From the NCBI GenBank assembly GCA_900546315.1, contig URCP01000002.1:19314-83313 (forward strand): a stretch of DNA of 64,000 nt, in the 5' to 3' direction. The translations under genes and the position numbers were made by a program. The notes below the pieces were generated by a model that did no database searches, was not told the DNA's origin, and worked only from the letters and a program-made list of their open reading frames with translations. This document shows positions 36,985-45,907 of the stretch, in pieces. Every line of letters starts with the position of its first letter. The stretch's first letter is position 1. This stretch comes from an uncultured Eubacteriales bacterium. GTDB lineage: Bacteria; Bacillota; Clostridia; Oscillospirales; CAG-272.

Positions 36985-38434
36985 TTACTCTCCGAAAAGT
37001 GAGTTAATCTTTTCAAGATCGCTCAGCATCTTCGACTCATACTTCGCGTAAAGTGTTGAAACATTCTTGTTGCCCTTCAGTGTCAGGTTGACGAACTCAC
37101 CCGGGAATCCGCCTATTGCGAGGAATTCTCCCCAGTCATAGCAACGTGTTGAGAGGAGAATATCGATCATATCCGACGCGCCCTCATCACGCGCAACCTT
37201 TCCCTTGAGCGCTCCCTCGTAGTACGCTTTGTAAACGTCTTCGGAACCTGACGCCAGCGCGGTCAGCACAACCGCGGTGCGTTCAAGGTTGTCTGCGGTC
37301 TTCGGCACCATCATGATGCCGCCACTGTATACGGACGAGAAACTGTAGTAGCGCTCCTGCTCCTCGTCATATTTCGGTATCGGAAGTATTCCGAAATCTG
37401 CTTCCATGTTGCGCAGAGAGAAAACGGCACCGAGATTTGTGTTTGAGAACAGACCCTTGTTTTCAAGAAACATATTGATCCTTGTCTCATCCGGAGTTGA
37501 CGTAATATGCGTATTATATAAAACCTCGGTATTTTCAAAGATAGACATGATACGCTGCGCGATACTGATCGTGCGTTCGTTGTTGAAAGAAAGCTGCGGT
37601 ATCCCATCGCTGTCTTTTGAGACATACCAGCAATTCGCACCGTGCAGCAGCTGATATGAGAAACCGGCGCTCGCGACAATACCGTATCTGTCCTCCTGAT
37701 CATATATGCCGTTTCCATCGAGATCAGCTGAGACGTTCTCAGACAGCAATGTGAGCTTGTCTAAAGTCCACTTTCCCTCATTTACAAGCCCGTACAGATC
37801 TTCAATGCCGTTCTCTTCCTGAAGCTTCTTGTTAAAAAGGATACATCCGGTGCTGTTCTTGTCGCTCAGTGTAAAATCCGAGTTCACCATGAACAGCTTA
37901 TCGCCCGTCGACAGCGTCTCTACCGAACCCTGATCCCACCACGGATCGCTGAAATCAACATACGGCAGCTGATAAAGGTCGAGGCAAAGCTCATCGGTTA
38001 TCGCACCAGAAGCGTAGTAGGCCTGCGGAAACACGGCGTCATACGCGTTGTCATTTGCCATTACCGAAGCTCTGAAGTTTGTCACGATATTTGTCGCCGG
38101 CAGATATTCTGCCGAGAGCTTCACATTGTATTTTTTCTTCAACGCCGCGGTTTCGTTCGTAGACGGCGTCGTTCAGGGCGTCGCCTGTCGCCTCCTCGGC
38201 GGAAATATCAACTGAATACGTCGTTTGCCAGTGAAGAAAGTGGAACTCGTAGCCGTCGAACGCCACGTCCGGAAGATCAGCCTGTTTCCTTGTTTCTTCG
38301 GATTCCGCGGATGTCTGCTCCGGATCACCTGCTGTTGACGGCACGGTATCATCATCTGAGCCCGCATTCCCGCAACCGGACATGGTTGATATCAGCATTG
38401 CTCCGAACAATATTATCGCGATCTTTTTTCTCAT
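36985..38434 (-). CDS. extracellular solute-binding lipoprotein, interrupted by a +1 frameshift in a homopolymer run
   Basis: The N-terminal ORF (start 38434) gives MRKKIAIILFGAMLISTMSGCGN...NDAVYERNRGVEEK, and the C-terminal ORF continues YNVKLSAEYLP... Removing one A from the A6 run (T6 on the plus strand, 38131-38136) yields VEEKYNVKLSAEY, matching the paralog motif VEEKFNIKIKALY. DFGILPIPKYDEEQERY is present. Confidence 0.75.
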
Positions 38435-38457
38435 AGCGGTATACATCTCCTTATATA

Positions 38458-39312
38458 TCATTGTTTTTCACCGTGAAGTATTTTTCTGAGCCTGTCGCAG
38501 CGATCATAGCACTTTTTCATGAACTCAACCGCGCATTCGTCTGTGGGATAGACGACCTCCATTGTGAGCGGACCCGCGTATCCGATCGATCTCAGCGCGT
38601 TCATATCGGTTTCCCAGTCTGTTGTGCCGTCGTACGGCGGAAGATGCGAGTCGTCATCCTGCGCGTTGTCGTGAATATGTGTGGTGTAAAGCCGCTTTCC
38701 GAGCGTCTTTATTGCCTTTGGCTCGTCGAGCTTTGTCATATGCGCGTGACCGAAATCCCATGTCGCGCCGACATACTCGCTGTCATAACAATCAATCAGC
38801 TCTGCGAGTGCCTCCGCGGAATTCGGGTATAATCTCCACTGCGGGTAGATCATCAGATTCTCAAGGCACAGATAAACTTTGTTCTGTCCGGCTTCGACCG
38901 CAAGCTTGTCAAGGCTCAGGCGGGAATATTCAAGCGATTTCTTCTCGTCGAAGTTGTCATTGACGGCAGAACGCGGATGGCAGGAACAGTATTTAGCGCC
39001 GAGCATCATGGTCGCGGTCAGGCATCTTGACAGCGCGGTCTCCATGGTGGGATCGATTTCCTCAGCGGATATCAGCGGATGGTAGTACGGCATATGCGTC
39101 TGTATGCACCTGAGGTCGTACTTTGAGAGCAGATCGTTTATTCGCTCAATTTCGGCTTCCCAGCCGTCGCTGTGGAAGACCTTGCTCGAGCCGAAGCCCA
39201 TCGAGACCTCCCTGAATCCCGCCTCGTGAGCGCAGCGCATGATATACTCCATGTACTCATCGTGTTGAATCTGCATGGTGCAGGGGTTATTCGTTGAATT
39301 CATAATATACAC
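38458..39312 (-). CDS. sugar phosphate isomerase/epimerase (xylose-isomerase-like TIM barrel) family protein
   Basis: 284 aa with LCLENL, ATWDFGHAHM and TTHIHDN metal-ligand-like motifs typical of the AP_endonuc_2/xylose isomerase-like fold. Confidence 0.7.
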   Translation of the reverse strand: MYIMNSTNNPCTMQIQHDEYMEYIMRCAHEAGFREVSMGFGSSKVFHSDGWEAEIERINDLLSKYDLRCIQTHMPYYHPLISAEEIDPTMETALSRCLTATMMLGAKYCSCHPRSAVNDNFDEKKSLEYSRLSLDKLAVEAGQNKVYLCLENLMIYPQWRLYPNSAEALAELIDCYDSEYVGATWDFGHAHMTKLDEPKAIKTLGKRLYTTHIHDNAQDDDSHLPPYDGTTDWETDMNALRSIGYAGPLTMEVVYPTDECAVEFMKKCYDRCDRLRKILHGEKQ

Positions 39313-39343
39313 TCCTTCTTTTGTGTTTTTTTGCCGGTATTTC

Positions 39344-40216
39344 TCACATAACGCAGATAATAATCACCCCCAGAATAAGCCCCGCAATCTGTTTCGCCTT
39401 CAATCTCTCATGGAATACAACCACAGACACCATGGCGGTCATCAGTATCAGTCCGCCGTTTACGACCGGGAAGAAGACGATGCTCGGAAGCACTCCCGAG
39501 AGATAGAGGTTGAGGCTGTGAATCATTCCGAGTGCCGCGCCGGAGAATATCGCGAGCGGCAGGGCGGGGGAACACGATAGTTTCGCTTCCGCCCGGTCGG
39601 CGCGCGGCTTTTTCCCGCGCGGCAGGGCCATGCCCGAGATCAGCGCCATAAGGATGAACGAAATCAGCAGGAACAGGCTCATTTCCCCTCCGTGCCCAGA
39701 TTCCTGATGGACTTTCTGCATAACCCCGATAAGCCCCGTGAAGAGCATCGAGCCGAACGCGAAGATCATCCACCTGAAATTGACGCCACCGCGCCTAATA
39801 TCCATCGTCAGCGCAAGCGCCAGCACAAGGATCGGAAGCAATATGATCTGCATCACCCGGACCTTTTCAGAATAGCAAATGACACTGAACACCGTCGATA
39901 TAAGAAATCCGCAGCAGGAGATGAGCGTCGTGCAGGTCATGGACCCATAAGATATCGCCTTTATGTAGCAAAACTGAGCAAGCATATTGACAAGGGCGAA
40001 TCCGACCGCGGTGACAAGCGTGAACAGCGAACAGGAATGATTTTTCCCAAAAATGAAGAACAGAAGCAGCACCGGAACAGCGCTGATATAGGTTACCGTG
40101 TTGAACAGCCCAAGATCAACCGCGCCGGATGATTCCTTTTTGCTGAAGGATTCAAACGCAGCGTTCTTTCCGGTCTCGAGGCTGACAGAGATGAAGAGAA
40201 GAATGTAGTTTATCAC
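39344..40216 (-). CDS. DMT superfamily (EamA-like) 10-TM permease, subfamily B
   Basis: The GTG at 40216 was chosen because the longer ORF overlaps the GH36 3' end. About 290 aa. Paralog of 20898-21761. Confidence 0.65.
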   Translation of the reverse strand: MINYILLFISVSLETGKNAAFESFSKKESSGAVDLGLFNTVTYISAVPVLLLFFIFGKNHSCSLFTLVTAVGFALVNMLAQFCYIKAISYGSMTCTTLISCCGFLISTVFSVICYSEKVRVMQIILLPILVLALALTMDIRRGGVNFRWMIFAFGSMLFTGLIGVMQKVHQESGHGGEMSLFLLISFILMALISGMALPRGKKPRADRAEAKLSCSPALPLAIFSGAALGMIHSLNLYLSGVLPSIVFFPVVNGGLILMTAMVSVVVFHERLKAKQIAGLILGVIIICVM

Positions 40217-40238
40217 TTGATTTTGCTTTCCCGCTCTT

Positions 40239-42101
40239 TCACGCCTTATCGATATCCGTTCTGATGAACCCGAAGCTCTCTCGGATCTCCAGCCTGATAC
40301 CAAATCTGTCGATCTCCGCTCCGCTTACTGTCTGACCGCCTATACTGTAATTTTTCGCGGTATCGGCCGCCGGATATACCACGATGGCGTGCTGCATCGG
40401 ATTTCTTACGAACGTAAGTATCTTTATGACGGACATATCCCGGTTGCAGTACTCAAACGAAGTGATATCATTCGCGCCGGTAATAATTCTGCAATCGGCG
40501 CCGATAAAGAATTCTCGGTCACGCTTATACTCCGAGATATGCTTCGCAAGGCGGTCCAGTACCTCGTCCGTCAGTTTTGTCAGGTCGCAGCTTATCCCGA
40601 GAGGTCCCGCGCTCAGGAAACCGTCAATCCACGAATAAGCGAGGCTCGCGACATTTTCCCACACACCGTCGCACGTCGTGAGGAGTTTGTCCTTCTTGTC
40701 CCCGCCATAAACCGGGCTGAAACCTGGCAGAGACCTGATCGTCGCCCATTTCTCAATCCACTGCGGCGGCATTCGCAGCATAGTATCCTTGAATATCCGT
40801 ATCCCGTCGAACGCCGACTGATTGTCGGAGAGCCAGAAGCTGTCGAACAGGAATCCGTTAGCCATCTGCATTCTCATTCCGCCCGAGGCACAGTTCTCAA
40901 GGTAGATGTCCGGGTGCGCGCTCCTCAGATCTTTAATGAACTTCTCATACCCGCGATAGTAGCTGATGAACGCGTCGCCATACGGGTCATCAAAGATATC
41001 CGCGTTGAAATCAAACTTTATGAAATCTATCCGGTAACGCTTTATGCGGTCATTCAGAAGGTCGAGGATATATTCGCGCGCCCCGGACTTCGCAAAGTTC
41101 ACGAAATACTGCCTGCCGTACTCAATATAGCAATCCTTATGCAGTCTGACCGCCTCGGACGCATCTGTGGCGCGCTCGATCTCAAACCACAATCCGAATT
41201 TCATCCCGAGTGAATGTATCATATCGGAGAATTCCTTCATTCTCCCGACAAAGCTGCCGTTCCGGTTCTCTTCCCAGTCTCCGACCCGGTTCCACCAATT
41301 CATAGCGTCGGCGAACCACCCGGCGTCGACAACGAAATACTCCGCGCCGATCCTCGAAGCGATGACGGCCTGCTCGTGAAGGGAATCATACGTGAACGAA
41401 TCGAAATTCGACAGCCATGTGTTGTATATGACCGGCATCGTCCGTCTCGGGTAGATATCGTTTATATACCTGTGCAGTTTCCAGCAGTCAAGGTCGATCT
41501 TGTTCCGGAAACCGAAATAGATTATCCTCGAAATTTCAGCTTTTTCTCCCGGCGCGAGGTTCAGGCTGAAATTGTCGGCGTCGGGTCCGATGACAACCTC
41601 CACCTGACCTTTTCCGCCGCCAAGGTCGCGGCGCCTCACGCTCATCTCCCATGAGAAGACCGCCGGAAGGTGAAAGACTATGCCGCGTCCGTTCTGATTG
41701 TTCCATATAGCGATAACCGGAGCAGCATCCAGTGTCGTCCTGACGCTGCCGACTTTAGAATACACGCCGGTCACGAGCGGCTGCCACCCGCCTGTGCTCT
41801 CATGCAGCCAGTTGTTGAACTGGGTGTAGACCTCATAGTCGCCATCTGGAAGGACAAATTTTGATTTTGCCCTCGTGATGGTCACGGGTTCTTCCGAAAT
41901 ATTGCCGACGGTATCCGTGCGTGAATACACGTCATCGTCGTTCACCCGCGTTTCGGACACGAGCTCCAGTTTCTCCGACCTGAACAAGAAGCGGGATTCG
42001 TCCCCTGTCTCCTCAAAGCCGCCGTTTCCCGGGCACCTGATCTCAAAGAGGTCAGTATAATTCCGTGTCTCAAGTTCGTTCATAAGCTTTTTTGTTATCA
42101 T
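40239..42101 (-). CDS. alpha-galactosidase-like glycoside hydrolase (GH36 family)
   Basis: AEYFVVDAGWFAD, GMKFGLWFEIE, IDFIKFDFN and ENCASGGMRMQ match GH36 catalytic-domain signatures. No signal peptide. Confidence 0.75.
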   Translation of the reverse strand: MITKKLMNELETRNYTDLFEIRCPGNGGFEETGDESRFLFRSEKLELVSETRVNDDDVYSRTDTVGNISEEPVTITRAKSKFVLPDGDYEVYTQFNNWLHESTGGWQPLVTGVYSKVGSVRTTLDAAPVIAIWNNQNGRGIVFHLPAVFSWEMSVRRRDLGGGKGQVEVVIGPDADNFSLNLAPGEKAEISRIIYFGFRNKIDLDCWKLHRYINDIYPRRTMPVIYNTWLSNFDSFTYDSLHEQAVIASRIGAEYFVVDAGWFADAMNWWNRVGDWEENRNGSFVGRMKEFSDMIHSLGMKFGLWFEIERATDASEAVRLHKDCYIEYGRQYFVNFAKSGAREYILDLLNDRIKRYRIDFIKFDFNADIFDDPYGDAFISYYRGYEKFIKDLRSAHPDIYLENCASGGMRMQMANGFLFDSFWLSDNQSAFDGIRIFKDTMLRMPPQWIEKWATIRSLPGFSPVYGGDKKDKLLTTCDGVWENVASLAYSWIDGFLSAGPLGISCDLTKLTDEVLDRLAKHISEYKRDREFFIGADCRIITGANDITSFEYCNRDMSVIKILTFVRNPMQHAIVVYPAADTAKNYSIGGQTVSGAEIDRFGIRLEIRESFGFIRTDIDKA

Positions 42102-42260
42102 GATGTTGTCTCCTTTAGTTGGTTTTGTGCTTTATGATGAAAATTGTAATTCGCATATGTAGAAATGTTCATCAATTATATGTATAATTGATTATAAGAT
42201 ATATAATTTACTGAATAGTCAGACCGGCAAAGCGCGCGGGGCACTGAATCGAAGGGAGAG

Positions 42261-43166
42261 ATGTATATGTCACTGACAATCGACAGCGAAAAGCTCACAA
42301 AGCTCATAATGTCACTCTATAACCTCATCCATGTCAGAATCGTTGTTTTCGACGAGAATTTCCATGAGGTATTCGCAATACCGCGTCGGTACAGCGCGTT
42401 CTGCGAGTCGATAAACAGTATCCCGGAGATGCGCGCCGCGTGTGACCATTGCGCCGAGATGATGTGCCGCAAATGCGCCGCCAAAGGCAGTCTGATAGTC
42501 GACACATGTCATATGGGTCTCACGGAAGCTGTCACGCCGATACATGAGAACGGGGCGATCATCGGTTATCTGATGTACGGGCAGTTCACAAACAAGCGTG
42601 ACCGGGACGCTCTTCTGAAAACGGTGACGGAAAACGGCAGAAAAGCAGGCGTGCCGACCGACGATTTTGCACGCTGCCTGAAATCCGTTCAGCATAAGGG
42701 CGACGATGAGATAACCAGCATTTCCGAGATAATAAATGTGTTTGCCAAATATGTTTACCTTGAAAATATTGTCTCTGCCAAGAAGGATGGAATGGCGTTC
42801 AGAATACTTGAGTATATAGACGACAATCTTGACAAAGACCTCTCGAGCAGCGCTTTGTGCGACGTCTTTTCGGTATCGCGCTCGCATCTGTATAAAATAC
42901 TGTCACCGTATATTTCGGGCGGGATTGCGGATCATGTGATGAACAAGCGCATCGAGCGCGCGAAGTATCTGCTACGGCACACCGAGTATCCTGTCGATGA
43001 GGTCGCCTCCATGATCGGATATTACGACGTCAGTTACTTCAGGAGAGTCTTCAAGACAAAAGTCGGGATGCCGGCATACACATATCGTATGGAGCACCTT
43101 ACAGAAATAGAAAACAAAACGTCAGACAGGTCAGATCCATGTAAAATTGGTAAGAATATTTCATAA
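42261..43166 (+). CDS. AraC family regulator with an N-terminal PocR sensory domain
   Basis: The N-terminus FCESINSIPEMRAACDHCAEMMCRKCAAKGSLIVDTCHMGLTEAVTPIHENGAIIGYLMYGQF is the PocR pattern. The C-terminus CDVFSVSRSHLYKIL...IGYYDVSYFRRVFKTKVGMPAYTY is an AraC HTH. Confidence 0.8.
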   Translation: MYMSLTIDSEKLTKLIMSLYNLIHVRIVVFDENFHEVFAIPRRYSAFCESINSIPEMRAACDHCAEMMCRKCAAKGSLIVDTCHMGLTEAVTPIHENGAIIGYLMYGQFTNKRDRDALLKTVTENGRKAGVPTDDFARCLKSVQHKGDDEITSISEIINVFAKYVYLENIVSAKKDGMAFRILEYIDDNLDKDLSSSALCDVFSVSRSHLYKILSPYISGGIADHVMNKRIERAKYLLRHTEYPVDEVASMIGYYDVSYFRRVFKTKVGMPAYTYRMEHLTEIENKTSDRSDPCKIGKNIS

Positions 43167-43292
43167 ATTCCAATTCCACTATATCAATTATAGCATATAC
43201 AACCAAACAATTCAAGCGTAAAATTGTCCGTGTAACGGTAATATCGTCCGCGGTCGGATATGATCTGTTTCCATCCTCTTCAGTTCACGACA

Positions 43293-43319
43293 GAAAAGCA
43301 CCTCGGGGAGGTGCTTTTC
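43293..43319. terminator. bidirectional rho-independent terminator
   Basis: 12-bp stem GAAAAGCACCTC / GAGGTGCTTTTC with a 3-nt loop. A/T runs flank it on both sides, and it lies between two convergent genes. Confidence 0.65.
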
Positions 43320-43371
43320 TGAAGTATGTGGTGTGGTATGTATACAGTTTATATTGTGGGAGAAATGAATT

Positions 43372-43470
43372 TTAATATGCAGGAGATACACCTTCCTCGT
43401 TTGCGGCCTCCATCTTGAACTGCTCGAGGGCAGCCTTTGCTTCGGGGACAACGATCTTGTTGGTAGACAT
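43372..43470 (-). pseudogene. N-terminal fragment of an alpha/beta-type small acid-soluble spore protein
   Basis: Own translation: MSTNKIVVPEAKAALEQFKMEAANEEGVSPAY* (32 aa) with a GGAGAA SD. It matches the SASP N-terminal half (..LVPEAK.AL.Q.K.E.A.E.G.), but the conserved GSVGGEM.K half is absent in all frames. Confidence 0.55.
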
Positions 43471-43786
43471 GTTGTTTTCTCCTTTTACAAAATATCTATA
43501 TTATCGACAGGATCGCTTCCCGATGGTATTCCGCCGGGCGGATCCGGTCTGTTTATCAGAGCCTCGACGTTTCCGCCCGGCTCTGATATTATTATCACCT
43601 GTGTGCGACGTATTATGACTGGAATTTTATAGATTAAAAACGGCGCCGGATTATCTGTGGTGGTAACATAAACAAATAGTATATGCACAGCGGCACCGTA
43701 TTGCGCGTTTTGATGAATTCCAAAAAACGATCGTAAAGAAGCGCGGGGCGGCGGTCTTCATCGAGAAGCCCGACAGAGGCGGCGGT

Positions 43787-44326
43787 ATGTATCAGAACGA
43801 GAAGCGCGAGATCGGCAGGCTCGCCGCCGGACACATAAAGCCCGGTCAGACCATACTCTTCGACAACAGCACCACAGCTATCGAAACCGCGAAATTTCTC
43901 TCCGGCATACCGGGACTGACGTTCTACACGACCAACATCGAGATCGCGGCTATAGTCTCGGCGTATCCCGGCACGGTGATGTACTGCTCGGGCGGGTACT
44001 ATTTTCCGGACTCGAAGGGGTTTGTCGGACGGCAGGCGGAGGAATTCGTCTCGCGCGTGAAGGCGGATATCTGCGTCATCGGCGCGAGCGGGATATCGGT
44101 CGACATGGGACTGACCAATCCATACCCGATGCACACGGCTCTGCAAAGGAAGATCATCGAGGCGTCGGATTTCAGACTCGTCGTCGCCGACCACTCGAAG
44201 TTCGGCAAGCGCGCTATGGAAAAGGCGGCGGACCTCTCCGAGATCGACCTCATCCTGACCGACGGCGGCATTCGTCCCGATGTGCTGGAAGAGTACGGAA
44301 AGTACACCAAGATCGAAACGACTTGA
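43787..44326 (+). CDS. DeoR/GlpR family regulator, C-terminal sugar-sensor domain only (N-terminal HTH missing)
   Basis: IGRLAAGHIKPGQTILFDNSTTAIETAKFL...ADICVIGASGIS...RLVVADHSKFGKRA is the DeoRC domain. In-frame upstream sequence (to the stop at 43664-43666) encodes only ...QRHRIARLMNSKKTIVKKRGAAVFI, the tail of an HTH domain. About 30 N-terminal residues are absent. Confidence 0.65.
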   Translation: MYQNEKREIGRLAAGHIKPGQTILFDNSTTAIETAKFLSGIPGLTFYTTNIEIAAIVSAYPGTVMYCSGGYYFPDSKGFVGRQAEEFVSRVKADICVIGASGISVDMGLTNPYPMHTALQRKIIEASDFRLVVADHSKFGKRAMEKAADLSEIDLILTDGGIRPDVLEEYGKYTKIETT

Positions 44327-44341
44327 CATGGGGGATTTATT

Positions 44342-45877
44342 ATGAAAGAAAAGAGCGAAAACACGGCGGAGTACCGCTTCCATATGCTCCGCGACCCGTA
44401 CAGACCCGGATACCACTTCGCGATACTGTCCGGGGACGGAAGACCGGGCGACCCGAACGGCGCCTTCTTCGCCGACGGAAGATACCATCTGATGTATCTC
44501 TACAGGAATCACACAAGGGAGGATTTCTGCTGGGGACACATATCCTCGACCGACCTGCTCCACTGGCGGGCGCATCCGGACGCGCTGACCGGTGTGAACG
44601 GGGATGAGGGTTGCTTCAGCGGCGGGGCTTTCCTCGACGACGACGGCACGGCTTACCTGACCTTTTGGAAGTTCGCCGCGAAGGACGGTAGCGACAACGG
44701 CGGAATAGCCATAGCCCGCTCAAAGCCGCCGTATGACTACTGGGAGCGCATAGAGCCGATAGCGATAAACGGCTGTCAGGACCCGTGGGGAACCGTCGAT
44801 ATCGAGATCGACGGCGAAATCGAACACATAGCCGCCGCCGACCCGAGCAACATCTGGAAAATGAATGGTCACTACTATATGCAGACCGGAAACCTCATCA
44901 TCCTCAACTCCTACGGCAGGGCTCCGGACAGCGAGGAGAAGTACAAGGGCGACCACACCGACCTGTTCCGCTCTGACGACATGGTACACTGGACCTTCGT
45001 GCGCCGCTTCTACGACAACCCGCGCACGAACCCGGAGTGGCCGGACGCGAGCGAGGACGACATGTGCCCGAGTTTCCTTCCGCTCCCGGACAGAAAGTGC
45101 GGCGGACGCCTGACCGACACATGGTTCCAGCTTTTCATAGCGCACAACCGCGGCGCGCAGTACTACACGGGAAAGCTCGACGGCGAAAAGTTTATTCCGG
45201 AAAAGCACGGCAGATTCTCATGGGTCGACAGCACGTGTTTCGCTCCGGAGGCTCTGATTGACGATAAAAACCGGCAGATCGCGTGGTACTGGCTAAGGGA
45301 CAATCCGTGCGACGATTTCGAAAAGTACGGCTGGACGGGTGTCTACAGTTTCCCGAGAGTTTTCTGGCTCGAAGACGGCGAACTGCGCATGGCTCCGGCA
45401 GAGGAGCTTGACAGGCTCGGATACAACGCTCAGACTGTCGCCCCGATGAAGATCACAGGTAAGACGGAAATTCCGGTGAAGAACGGCGAATCGTTCAGAC
45501 TGAAGTGCCGCATATTGATGAGCGGCGCAGACAGGGCGGGATTTTCGGTCAGATGCTCCGGAGAGACCGGCGAGCACACCGACATTTATTATGACAGAAC
45601 AACCGGAAAGCTCGTGTTCAACGCGACGGAGAGCGGCTGCGACGGTTGGAAGGCAAAGGAAGAGGCGCCGTTCTCTCTCGCGGACGGCGAGACGCTCGAC
45701 CTTGATATCTTCGTCGATAAGTCGGTCGTCGAGGTTTACGCGAACGAGCGGCAGGCGATTGTACGGCGCGTTTACCCGTCAAAGCCGGAAACCGCGGTGA
45801 AAGTGTACGCGATATCCGACGGCGCGGTATTCGGCGAGACGACAGTTTCCGAGATGGCTCCGACAAATCTGTATTGA
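44342..45877 (+). CDS. glycoside hydrolase family 32 protein (beta-fructofuranosidase / sucrose-6-P hydrolase-like)
   Basis: YRPGYHFAILSGDGRPGDPNGAFFADGRYHLMYLY (NDPNG-type nucleophile block), FSGGAF, AADPSNIWK (RDP-like) and DMCPSF (EC-like). The C-terminal beta-sandwich has DIFVDKSVVEVYAN. Confidence 0.75.
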   Translation: MKEKSENTAEYRFHMLRDPYRPGYHFAILSGDGRPGDPNGAFFADGRYHLMYLYRNHTREDFCWGHISSTDLLHWRAHPDALTGVNGDEGCFSGGAFLDDDGTAYLTFWKFAAKDGSDNGGIAIARSKPPYDYWERIEPIAINGCQDPWGTVDIEIDGEIEHIAAADPSNIWKMNGHYYMQTGNLIILNSYGRAPDSEEKYKGDHTDLFRSDDMVHWTFVRRFYDNPRTNPEWPDASEDDMCPSFLPLPDRKCGGRLTDTWFQLFIAHNRGAQYYTGKLDGEKFIPEKHGRFSWVDSTCFAPEALIDDKNRQIAWYWLRDNPCDDFEKYGWTGVYSFPRVFWLEDGELRMAPAEELDRLGYNAQTVAPMKITGKTEIPVKNGESFRLKCRILMSGADRAGFSVRCSGETGEHTDIYYDRTTGKLVFNATESGCDGWKAKEEAPFSLADGETLDLDIFVDKSVVEVYANERQAIVRRVYPSKPETAVKVYAISDGAVFGETTVSEMAPTNLY

Positions 45878-45907
45878 CAAATAAATAATAAAGAGAGGTA
45901 TTCCGGC

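Noticed and set aside
43634-44575. Many long ORFs run antisense to, or out of frame with, confidently assigned genes. This 313-aa ORF is one example. Others are 31223-32710 (495 aa), 3039-3953, 40389-41213, 52458-53246, 53030-53728, 904-1824 and 50387-51178.
   Set aside because: They overlap genes with clear family motifs on the other strand or frame. They are Arg/Pro/Gly-rich, as expected for shadow ORFs in GC-rich DNA, and they lack SDs and recognisable motifs.
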